A stretch of 34,472 bases of DNA from a virus (taxonomy: Duplodnaviria; Caudoviricetes). The stretch covers positions 1-34,472 of the IMG/VR virus record IMGVR_UViG_3300005804_000122; one strand, given 5' to 3'. Position 1 is the first letter of the stretch, and each line of letters begins with the position of its first letter. The translations under genes and the position numbers were made by a program. Of this stretch, positions 17,531-25,664 are shown piece after piece. The notes below the pieces were generated by a model. The model did no database searches, was not told the origin of the DNA, and saw nothing but the letters and a program-made list of their open reading frames with translations.

Positions 17531-17839
17531 ATGAAGACCATGGGCGGAATAGGCCAGGACAGCGTAGGGAGGCAGATCCAAGCATTCATATCGGATCCGG
17601 CCAAATGCTTGGGAACGGTGCCGGCTGGCACAGTCCTAAAGGTGGGGCCGGGTGGTTGGCACGATATATCGGGCTGGCTGGCGGTTGCATTTTACCCAGC
17701 TGACGATGGGCAGGTGGCCTATAACGGAGATGTCGCGAAGGTTGAGCCGGTCTTCTCTGGTGCCAGGAACGTAATTGTAATCCATGCGGACGTGACACAG
17801 ATAGTGGCTTCAGTTGATTGCGTTGTGGTGGGGATGTAA
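17531..17839 (+). CDS. Hypothetical beta-rich protein upstream of DGR target
   Basis: AGGAGG RBS; more A/T-ending codons than neighbours. Confidence 0.65.
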   Translation: MKTMGGIGQDSVGRQIQAFISDPAKCLGTVPAGTVLKVGPGGWHDISGWLAVAFYPADDGQVAYNGDVAKVEPVFSGARNVIVIHADVTQIVASVDCVVVGM

Positions 17840-17849
17840 GGGGGGAATT

Positions 17850-19370
17850 ATGGGTGGATTTGATTTTGGATCAGGTGCTGGCATGGCTACGAAGACGCGC
17901 ATTATCGCCGCACTCCCGGCCCACTACAGCCGTGACATCGCCTGGGGCATCAAGGGCCGCTCGGTAGCGGCGGATCGGCTGACCCTGTTGTCGCCTGCAG
18001 CCCTGGCGTGCAACATCGGCGGGCAGGGATTCGTAATGTCCGCTCAGGCGTCGCTGGCCCTATCCGCAGCCGCGACCTGGGACGCGGTCGCACCGACCGA
18101 TTACACCGTCGCGGCCGCCCGGGCCGGCAAGGATTTCTACGTCTACGCCTGCCAGCAGGGCGGCAGCGCCCCCGCGCTCGTGGTGTCCGCCAACTCCACC
18201 GTGCCCACCGGCTACACCTCAGACAACAGCCGCAAGGTTGCCGGGTTCCACTGCCTGTGTCTGGCGGTCGGAGCCATCGGCGGCCACGCCCTGACCGGCT
18301 TTGTTGCCGGAGACATACTGCCCGAGTCGGTGTGGGACCTGTCGTTCCGCCCTACCTGCTCTCCCGAGGGCATGGCCTACGACGCCAAGAGCGGGATTTG
18401 GGTGGACATCTACCTGACCTCCGGCACCGCCGCCAGCACCAGGAGCGCAAACGGAGCCACCATCAGCGACACCCGCGACTGGATGTCTTTCGTCGACGAC
18501 CTGGGCGCGGTCGGCAAGCGGCTGCTCACCGACCCGGAATTCCAGCTGGCAGCTGCAGGGTCCAACGAAGAGACCAACATCACCGGCAGCGCCGACCCGG
18601 TCACCACCGGCGGCCACGTCGACACCGCGGCCAGGCGGATGATATCGCACATCGGTCTCGAGGACTGCTGCGGCGCAATGTACCAGTGGCTGCAGGACCA
18701 GTCGTTCCGCTGCGATCCTGACGGCACCGTCCAGGCGGCCGGCCTGACCTTCACCGTCTACTATGTCGCGGCCCCGGGGGGCAATCCCATCTACCTGAAG
18801 CAGAGTGCAGACGGCCAGTTCTACCTGGCCTGCAACATGGCCACGGCCCTGGCGGACAAGCAGATCGGCCCGGCCAACTACAAGGTGCCAATCAAGCACG
18901 AGGCCGCAGCAGCCACCAACGCCATCGGCCAGGTCTATTACAACTCCGGAGGCGGCACCCCGGCGAAGATGCTGTGCACCATCGCCACCATCGCCAAGGA
19001 CGTGTTCCTGCCGAGCAACAACCCGACCTACTTCCTGCAGATAAAGCACGACGCCGCGGCCGCTGCCAACGGCCGGGCTCTCAACTATGACGACGGCGCG
19101 GACAACAGGCTGGAATGCAACACCGCATCGGCAGCCAACGACTCGGCCGACCTGGCCCTCAACAGCCAGTCTTTCAACTGGTATGACCTCCCCGGCGCAA
19201 AGGGCAGCCTTTACAGGCAAGGCACGAACGGGGATGTGAAGCTGCTGGCCGGCGGTTATTGGTCTTCTGGGACGCTTGCCGGTTCGCGCTGCCGTAATGC
19301 GTATTACTATCGCTGGACTCCGAATTCGATTATCGGTGCGCGCGGGTGCGCCCGGAGCCGGGAGACGTAA
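17850..19370 (+). CDS. DGR target protein, Mtd-like with CLec (FGE-sulfatase-type) C-terminus
   Basis: GLEDCCGAMYQW and LLAGG.W..AGSR..NS.IGARG motifs; VR at 3' end; ATG 17850 after GGGGG. Confidence 0.88.
   Translation: MGGFDFGSGAGMATKTRIIAALPAHYSRDIAWGIKGRSVAADRLTLLSPAALACNIGGQGFVMSAQASLALSAAATWDAVAPTDYTVAAARAGKDFYVYACQQGGSAPALVVSANSTVPTGYTSDNSRKVAGFHCLCLAVGAIGGHALTGFVAGDILPESVWDLSFRPTCSPEGMAYDAKSGIWVDIYLTSGTAASTRSANGATISDTRDWMSFVDDLGAVGKRLLTDPEFQLAAAGSNEETNITGSADPVTTGGHVDTAARRMISHIGLEDCCGAMYQWLQDQSFRCDPDGTVQAAGLTFTVYYVAAPGGNPIYLKQSADGQFYLACNMATALADKQIGPANYKVPIKHEAAAATNAIGQVYYNSGGGTPAKMLCTIATIAKDVFLPSNNPTYFLQIKHDAAAAANGRALNYDDGADNRLECNTASAANDSADLALNSQSFNWYDLPGAKGSLYRQGTNGDVKLLAGGYWSSGTLAGSRCRNAYYYRWTPNSIIGARGCARSRET
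19241..19356 (+). repeat. DGR variable repeat (VR)
   Basis: 116-bp ungapped match to 19430-19545 with 14 mismatches, all opposite TR adenines. Confidence 0.97.
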
Positions 19371-19390
19371 CTCGTTAAACGTTTTTCGAG
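19371..19390. promoter_or_regulatory. Putative DGR target-recognition hairpin after IMH
   Basis: CTCG-TT-AAACGTTT-TT-CGAG immediately after the target stop codon. Confidence 0.5.
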
Positions 19391-19429
19391 CGCGTCATGC
19401 GCACTGTAGAAATGGTTGTGGCGCCGATG

Positions 19430-19545
19430 GCTGCTGGCCGGCGGTAATTGGAATAATGGGACGAATGCCGGTTCGCGCTGCCGTAATGCGAATAACTATC
19501 GCTGGAATACGAATTCGAATATCGGTACGCGCGGGTGCACCCGGA
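19430..19545 (+). ncRNA. DGR template repeat (TR), part of DGR RNA
   Basis: Copy of VR with 10 AAY codons in the target frame; lies between target and RT. Confidence 0.95.
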
Positions 19546-19678
19546 TACAGGAACGAGTCAAACTCCCTGGCTGGGCGCCACAACCCTGTCCGGTAGGCGA
19601 GAGCCGAAAGGCAAAACACAAAACGGAGCACGGGCCGGGCCAGTAGGGAAACCGGACGTCAGGCCCGAACAAAAGACC

Positions 19679-20692
19679 ATGGCAAAGAGACACGGAAATC
19701 TGTTCGACAGGATCATAGCCGCCGACAACCTGATGCTGGCATATGAAAAGGCCCGCCGCGGCAAGTCGCGCATGCACAATGTCCAGCGCTTCGAGCGGAA
19801 CGTGGAGGGCAATCTGGAACGGATACGCCGTAGCCTGGAAAACAGGACCTTCACCACCTCGGGTTACCAGGTGAAAAAGATTCATGTGCCCAAGGAGCGT
19901 GACATCTACGTGCTGCCGTTCGCACCTGACCGCATCGTCCAGCATACAGTCATGAACATTCTGGAGCCCATCTGGGACGCCCTGTTCATCGACGATTCCT
20001 ATGCCTGCCGCGCCGGCAAGGGAATCCACGCCGGCAGCCTCCGGACCATGGAGTTCGTCCGCCGATACCGCTACGTGCTCAAGTGCGACATCGCCAAATT
20101 CTATCCCAGCATCGACCACGACGTGCTTTACGGGATCGTGCAGCGCAAAATCAAGTGCCCGGACACGCTCTGGCTGCTGCGCGACATCATCTACTCGGCG
20201 CCTGGCGGCAAGAACGCGCCCATCGGCAATTTCACCAGCCAGTGGTTCTGCAACCTGTACCTCAACGAACTGGACCAGCTGGTGAAACATCAGTTCAAGG
20301 TCAAGGGTTATCTCCGCTACTGCGACGATTTCTGTCTGTTCAGCGACGACAAGAAGCAGCTCCGGGAGCTGGCCGGGGAACTGAAGCAGTTCCTGGCGGA
20401 GTACCTGAAACTCACCTTCAGCAAGTGCGAGCTCTTTCCGGTCTCCCAGGGTGTGGACTTCCTGGGTTACCGCCACTTCCGCAATTACATCCTGGTGCGC
20501 AAGAGCACCTCCAAAAGGGTCAAGCGCAGGCTGGCCAACCTTCCGCGTCTGCTGGCCGCCGGTGAGATAACAGAGGAGCAGTACCGATCATCGATTGCCT
20601 CCACCCGGGGGTGGCTCAAATGGGCGAATACGCATAACCTATCCGTTGCGCTGGAGCTGGACCGCCTGACGGAGACGAGGGATGCAGCCTAA
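19679..20692 (+). CDS. DGR reverse transcriptase (337 aa)
   Basis: PKER.I..DRIVQH, LKCDIAKFYPSIDH, PIGNFTSQ (DGR-type), YLRYCDDF, GVDFLGY; no maturase/endonuclease domain. Confidence 0.96.
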   Translation: MAKRHGNLFDRIIAADNLMLAYEKARRGKSRMHNVQRFERNVEGNLERIRRSLENRTFTTSGYQVKKIHVPKERDIYVLPFAPDRIVQHTVMNILEPIWDALFIDDSYACRAGKGIHAGSLRTMEFVRRYRYVLKCDIAKFYPSIDHDVLYGIVQRKIKCPDTLWLLRDIIYSAPGGKNAPIGNFTSQWFCNLYLNELDQLVKHQFKVKGYLRYCDDFCLFSDDKKQLRELAGELKQFLAEYLKLTFSKCELFPVSQGVDFLGYRHFRNYILVRKSTSKRVKRRLANLPRLLAAGEITEEQYRSSIASTRGWLKWANTHNLSVALELDRLTETRDAA

Positions 20693-20981
20693 ACGGTTCA
20701 GCGATTTCGCCCGGGAGAGGATTCCCCTCGACGGGGCAAAGACCAGGCTCGATGACATCATCAACTGCGAGATACTCATCATCGGCCACTCCATCAAGCG
20801 GAGCCGCTACGACAAAAACAACAGCGGCAAGTTCCTGACACTCCAGTTCGAGCTCGACGGCGAACGCAGGGTACTGTTCACTGGCAGCGACGTCCTCATC
20901 GAGCAGCTTGAGCAATACGGCGACCAGATACCGTTCGCGGCAACCATCAAGAAAATCGACAGGTACTACTCCCTGTCGTGA
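20682..20981 (+). CDS. Hypothetical beta-rich protein overlapping RT stop; candidate DGR accessory
   Basis: Overlaps RT by 11 nt; alternating strands FLTLQFEL, RVLFTGS, PFAATIKK. Confidence 0.75.
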   Translation: MQPKRFSDFARERIPLDGAKTRLDDIINCEILIIGHSIKRSRYDKNNSGKFLTLQFELDGERRVLFTGSDVLIEQLEQYGDQIPFAATIKKIDRYYSLS

Positions 20982-20990
20982 GGAGACCAT

Positions 20991-21329
20991 ATGCGAGGCT
21001 TCCCGAAACACCTGAACACCCGCGCCGATTACGAATACGTCAAGGCCAATTTCCCGCCGGAGCAATGGCGGCCCTGGTTCCAGCGGCTGCTGGACGAGCG
21101 ATTCTCCTGGCTGCCGGTCGGCTCTCTGGCTGAGGGCGAACAAGGCGTCGAGGACGAGACCCACCGGGTGGTGGAGCACGTCGACGGGAGCGGGCAGGTG
21201 GTCGAGCGCATTCAGGAGCATTGGGTCGATGATCCGAATGCCACCATTTTTCGTATGGGGTTTACGGTAGAGGAGGTGGAAAACCTCTTGAAGGAAAATC
21301 CCCCCTGTGCCGTTTTCCAGGTCGGGTGA
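20991..21329 (+). CDS. Phage hypothetical protein (112 aa)
   Basis: GAGGAG RBS; MRGFPKHLNTRADYEY..IFRMGFTVEEV. Confidence 0.75.
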   Translation: MRGFPKHLNTRADYEYVKANFPPEQWRPWFQRLLDERFSWLPVGSLAEGEQGVEDETHRVVEHVDGSGQVVERIQEHWVDDPNATIFRMGFTVEEVENLLKENPPCAVFQVG

Positions 21330-21421
21330 ATAGTCAGGGGGCCATTTTAGAGCCCGACCCGCCACGAGGCCGGGTAAACCGTTTGCAAACCACAAATATT
21401 GCGTTCAGGAGGCGATCCGCG

Positions 21422-22534
21422 ATGGGCGAAAAACAACAAAATCAGAAAAAGAGCTTCGAGGTCATCCGGGAGGGGTTTGCCCGGGCGAGATTTGTAGGCG
21501 CCCTGGACGGCGCCCCGATGCCCGGGAGCACCGAGCCTTTCAGGTTCGCCCCGGTGGAGGGGCAGGAGAACGGCGGCCTCAATCCCGACGAATTCACCGC
21601 CCGCTGGTTCCGCATCCTGTCGCAGGCGGTGACCCCCTACCGCTTCTTCGACTTCACCCGGCCGGGCGTTCTCAAGGCCGGGGTGCCGCTGTTCGAGGGG
21701 ATCACCCTGTACGCCAACCACTATGCCGACGTGGAGCGGTGGAAGGGATTCGTCCAGGAGCCGACCTGGGATGAGAAGAACGACCCGCCCGGCATCAACG
21801 CGCTGCTGGTGGTGGACCGGACGGTAGCCCTCAACCTGGCCCGTGGCGTGGAGATCAAGGCGCTCCGTTCCTGCAGTGTCACCATCTGGTTCGAGTTCGA
21901 GCGGAGCCACCCGGACCTGAAGTACTTTTACGACCGGCTCGGCGAAGAGGTGGACGGGGAGATCGTGCGCTTCATCGTTACCAAACTTACCCGTGCGGCG
22001 GAGGTATCCATCGTCTGGGAGGGGGAAGACCCGTACGCCAAGTCGTTTGAAGCCAGGCCCGAGGCGCTGGGCGCGGGGCACGAGGAAAACCATAACCAAG
22101 GGGAGGAAACAGACATGAAACTGGCAGCCGCAACAATAGCGCTCCTGGGGATACCCACAGGCACCGAACTGACCCAGGAGATGCTGGACACGAAGATCGC
22201 CGAGACTGTAACCGGTCTCAAGAACCAGGTCGAGGGGCTGAAAGCAGATGCCGCCCTGGGCGCGCAGCTCTTGACCGAGACCCGGGAGCGGGCCGTCACC
22301 CTGTACAAGACCGCCAAGGGGGAGAAATTCCAGCAGACGTTCGTGGACGGGGTGATCCAGAAAGCGGACCTGGCGACGGCCCGGGCGCTGGTCTCGGAGT
22401 ACGAGACCGAGGTGGAGAAGAGCGTGCCGCTGGCCTGTCCCAAGTGCGGGGAGAAGCTGTCGCGCCGCTCCTCCCTGGAGACCGAAGGGCAGAACGCAAA
22501 TTCCAGCAAGCGGGCCGAAGACTACAAACTTTAA
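21422..22534 (+). CDS. Prohead protease/scaffold protein
   Basis: AGGAGG RBS; YANH, SCSV, EVSIVW.G protease-like motifs; helical C-terminus; precedes capsid genes. Confidence 0.75.
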   Translation: MGEKQQNQKKSFEVIREGFARARFVGALDGAPMPGSTEPFRFAPVEGQENGGLNPDEFTARWFRILSQAVTPYRFFDFTRPGVLKAGVPLFEGITLYANHYADVERWKGFVQEPTWDEKNDPPGINALLVVDRTVALNLARGVEIKALRSCSVTIWFEFERSHPDLKYFYDRLGEEVDGEIVRFIVTKLTRAAEVSIVWEGEDPYAKSFEARPEALGAGHEENHNQGEETDMKLAAATIALLGIPTGTELTQEMLDTKIAETVTGLKNQVEGLKADAALGAQLLTETRERAVTLYKTAKGEKFQQTFVDGVIQKADLATARALVSEYETEVEKSVPLACPKCGEKLSRRSSLETEGQNANSSKRAEDYKL

Positions 22535-22541
22535 AATCAGG

Positions 22542-22595
22542 ATCGAGGTTCGAGGATCGATGTTCGAGGGAAATCTTTCAAGCTCGGGTTCGAAC
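22542..22595. repeat. NNCGAGG heptamer array, intergenic
   Basis: ATCGAGG TTCGAGG ATCGATG TTCGAGG then degenerate complement. Confidence 0.75.
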
Positions 22596-22615
22596 AATCA
22601 AAGGAGGTTTGACCT

Positions 22616-23341
22616 ATGGGTTGGGAATCAATGAACATGGTGGGATTCAGGGGAATCGGGGTGGAGGTAATCACCCTGCTGCTGGCCGCGGGGATCGTGG
22701 CCGCGGACGAAAACAAGGTCGGAAAGATCTCCGCCAACGGCACCATCGGGCTGTGCGCCGCCGAAGACGCCTTCTACGGCGTGATCGACAAGGTGGATCT
22801 CGGTGGCGGCTGCGCGGCGGTCCAGCGCAAGGGGTTCGCCGAGGATGTCCCCTACACCGGCGCCCCGGGACTGGGGCTGCAGGTACTGGTGGCGAACGGC
22901 GCCGGCGGGGTGAAGCCCCCTTCTCCCGGGGTAAAGGCGTCGCTGGTCGCCGGTGTGGTGGCCAACAACAACGCGATCCGGTTCACCGCCAAGAAATACG
23001 GCACGGCGGAAGAGGACATCAACATCACCTTGATTGACCCTCCGGGGAACAACGTGGCACTGTCGGTGGACGTAGTGGGCCGGGACATCAATATTACCCT
23101 GGCAACGGACGGGGCGAGCGCCGTCACCTCCACAGCTGCCCAGGTGATCGCGGCAATCGCCGCGAGCCCGGCCGACGATCTTGTTGATGCGGCCAACGAG
23201 GGGGCCAGCACCGGCGCGGGCGTGGTCGCGGCGGTGGCCAGTACTCCGCTCGATGGCGGGGTCAATCCGAGCGTGGGCCGCACGGTGGACGTGGTCAGCA
23301 TCGATGCCGTTGCCGGCACCCTGGTCATGGACCTGGGATAA
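22616..23341 (+). CDS. Head decoration/cement protein with inserted domain
   Basis: Between scaffold and capsid; Gly/Ala/Val-rich beta protein; AAGGAGG RBS. Confidence 0.7.
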   Translation: MGWESMNMVGFRGIGVEVITLLLAAGIVAADENKVGKISANGTIGLCAAEDAFYGVIDKVDLGGGCAAVQRKGFAEDVPYTGAPGLGLQVLVANGAGGVKPPSPGVKASLVAGVVANNNAIRFTAKKYGTAEEDINITLIDPPGNNVALSVDVVGRDINITLATDGASAVTSTAAQVIAAIAASPADDLVDAANEGASTGAGVVAAVASTPLDGGVNPSVGRTVDVVSIDAVAGTLVMDLG

Positions 23342-23350
23342 AGGCGGGGG

Positions 23351-23377
23351 CGCGAGGTTCGAGGCACGAGGACAACC
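23351..23377. repeat. 3x NNCGAGG heptamer + ACAACC, intergenic
   Basis: CGCGAGG TTCGAGG CACGAGG ACAACC. Confidence 0.75.
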
Positions 23378-23399
23378 ATTTCATAGAAGGAGTTCGAAC

Positions 23400-24401
23400 A
23401 TGGCATTGAAGAGACTGATGAGAGAGATGTACCTGGAGGCGCGGCAGAGGGGGATCACCTTCTCCGAGCTGCTGGCGCAGGAATCCCCCTCCGAGGTGGA
23501 GGGGCTCGACGCCTTCGAGTTCGCGCTGATGCAGCGCGACATCAACCTGAAGCGGGACACCGTGGAGCGGTTCTATCGCACCACCGAGGATTCGATCCTC
23601 TTCCCCGAGTTCATCAACCGCAACGTCCGGATCGGCATGGTCGGGCTCGGCCGATTCGACCTTACCCTGGACGAGCTCATCGCCACCACCACCACCATAG
23701 ACAGCGGGGTGTACGAGTCCGTCAAGGCCGAATTCGACATCAAGAAGCTCGACTTCAAGAAGATCGCCGAAGGCGCGCCGTTCCCCACGGTCACCATCAC
23801 CAGCGGCAAGCAGTCGATCCGGCTTGCCAAGATCGGCGTGGCCATGGACGCGAGCTACGAGGTGCTGCGCCGGATGAAGCTCCCGCTCCTTGCCATCCAC
23901 ATGCAGCTGATCGGACAGCGGCTGGCCAAGAGGATGGTGGCATACGCCATGTACAACATCATCAACGGCGACGGCAACGACAACGCCGCTCCGGCCACCC
24001 CTCCGGCCGCGGTGAACTACGACAATCTCCTGGACTTCTTCCTCGATATGGAGAATTGGGAGGCCACGGTCTGGACCGCCAAGAAGGCGATGCTCAAGCT
24101 GATCCTGAAGCTGGACGAGTTCAAGGACCCGCTGCTGTTCGACACCGCCAAGACCGGCGACCTAGCCAAGACCTTCGGCTACAACATCAAGCGGTTCAAC
24201 TGGACCGAGACCACCCTGGGTGACGACATGCTCGTGGCCGTCGCCAAGCAGGCCGCCCTGGAGTTGATCAAGGAGTCGGGCGCCGAGTTGATTGAAACCC
24301 AGAAGGTGATCGATAAGCAGTTCGAAAAGACCGTGATCTCCAACGTAATCGGTTTCTCCCGCATCTTCCAGGATGCGGCGACGATCTTCACCAAGCAATA
24401 A
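23400..24401 (+). CDS. Major capsid protein (HK97 fold)
   Basis: 333 aa; LFPEFI, IAEGAPFP, KIG..ASYEVLRR, IINGDGN; AAGGAG RBS. Confidence 0.85.
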   Translation: MALKRLMREMYLEARQRGITFSELLAQESPSEVEGLDAFEFALMQRDINLKRDTVERFYRTTEDSILFPEFINRNVRIGMVGLGRFDLTLDELIATTTTIDSGVYESVKAEFDIKKLDFKKIAEGAPFPTVTITSGKQSIRLAKIGVAMDASYEVLRRMKLPLLAIHMQLIGQRLAKRMVAYAMYNIINGDGNDNAAPATPPAAVNYDNLLDFFLDMENWEATVWTAKKAMLKLILKLDEFKDPLLFDTAKTGDLAKTFGYNIKRFNWTETTLGDDMLVAVAKQAALELIKESGAELIETQKVIDKQFEKTVISNVIGFSRIFQDAATIFTKQ

Positions 24402-24404
24402 GTC

Positions 24405-24785
24405 ATGGCGACTATCCTGGACATGGTGAAGAACCGTCTTCCGGACGAGGCGGCGCTGTTTGCCGCCTCGCTTCCCGCCTTCATTGAGGAGGCGACGGCC
24501 GAGGCCGGGTTCGAGGGTACCGCCGAGGCTGGTCTCTCCACCCGGCAGAAGTCGTTGGTGGCGGACCTGGCTGCCAAGGCCCTGATCCTGCCGGCAATGA
24601 GCAAGTACAAGAAGGCATTAGCGGAGGCCGAGGGAGACGGCGCCGGGCGGGCCAAGTTTGAGGACAAGCTTTCCTTTCTGACCAAAATGGAAACGAAGCT
24701 CGACAAGTCGATCACGGAGCGACGGGCCGCCCTCTCCACCGCAGCCGACTGCGGCGTGCCCATGACGGTGGTGTACGATGACTGA
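24405..24785 (+). CDS. Putative head-tail adaptor
   Basis: Helical 126 aa directly after capsid. Confidence 0.55.
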   Translation: MATILDMVKNRLPDEAALFAASLPAFIEEATAEAGFEGTAEAGLSTRQKSLVADLAAKALILPAMSKYKKALAEAEGDGAGRAKFEDKLSFLTKMETKLDKSITERRAALSTAADCGVPMTVVYDD

Positions 24786-25182
24786 CCTGCTGGATCAAGA
24801 CGCTGTTGACGATTTCCGGTCCGCCATGCGGGACGTGACCGACACGTTTCATAAATCCGAGGTCACCCTGCGCCGGCCGGACGGGACGGAGTTTGATCTC
24901 CTGGCCGGGTTGACGCCGAATGAAACCGGCGTTGACGGCGAGGCAAACGGAGAGATGGCCGCCCGGGAGGAAGGGACCGAGACGGTGGAACGGTGGAACG
25001 TGGCCTTCAACCGTGACTACCTGGCGGAAAAGGGGCTGATTGACCCGGTGAACGATGAGCCCCTGATAGGCGACGAGGACCGGATCGTGTGGCGGGGCCA
25101 GCGGTTCGCCATCGTGCAGCTGACCGACAAGGCCATGTTCCGCGGGCTGCCGATCCTGGTGCTCCTCAAGGTGGCCCGCTGA
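24778..25182 (+). CDS. Putative head closure protein
   Basis: Synteny; DRIVWRGQRFAI beta motif. Confidence 0.55.
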   Translation: MTDLLDQDAVDDFRSAMRDVTDTFHKSEVTLRRPDGTEFDLLAGLTPNETGVDGEANGEMAAREEGTETVERWNVAFNRDYLAEKGLIDPVNDEPLIGDEDRIVWRGQRFAIVQLTDKAMFRGLPILVLLKVAR

Positions 25183-25664
25183 TGCCGAAATCGGTGGAAC
25201 TCACCGGCGACTGGGACCGGCTGAAGCGGGTGCTGAAATCGGCGGCGCCGAAGGTCCGGAGCGAAAGCCGGCGCACCCTGGGCCGGCAGCTGAAGCGGAT
25301 CGAGGCCGCGGTCCTGGGGCACATTGACGAGCAGGATATGAACTGGGAACCGCTTTCCGACGCCTACGCCGAGTCGAAGGAGAGGAAGAACCTCTCCCCC
25401 GACATCCTGCGGGCCAGCAACCGGATGTACGAGAACATCACCACGGTCCAGGAGACGGCCTTCGAGGGGGCCGTGGGGGTACAGCGCGGGGTCAAGAACG
25501 AGGCAGGCGACGAGGTGACCGATATCGCCCTGATCCACGAGCAGCCCGAGGACGACGGTACGGTCATACCGGCCAGGAAGCTCTGGAAACCCACGTTTGA
25601 CGAGCTCAAGCCGAGCATTATCGCGGAGCTCAAGGGGATCGCCATCGAGGTGTTTAAGAAATAG
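25182..25664 (+). CDS. Virion morphogenesis/neck protein (Mu gpG/HK97 gp10-like)
   Basis: WEPLSDAY, ALIHE, IPARKLWKP. Confidence 0.7.
   Translation: MPKSVELTGDWDRLKRVLKSAAPKVRSESRRTLGRQLKRIEAAVLGHIDEQDMNWEPLSDAYAESKERKNLSPDILRASNRMYENITTVQETAFEGAVGVQRGVKNEAGDEVTDIALIHEQPEDDGTVIPARKLWKPTFDELKPSIIAELKGIAIEVFKK

Noticed and set aside
19416-19646. 76-aa ORF resembling the target C-terminus
   Set aside because: It is the TR read in the VR frame; no RBS. TRs are typically stop-free and act as RNA.
19535-19678. 48-aa N-terminal extension of the RT in the ORF track
   Set aside because: Overlaps TR/spacer RNA; RT-like sequence starts at MAKRHGNLF (19679).
19679-20692. Group II intron, retron or Abi RT
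   Set aside because: Short RT without X/En domains, has the GxxxSQ motif, and is adjacent to an A-specific TR/VR pair.
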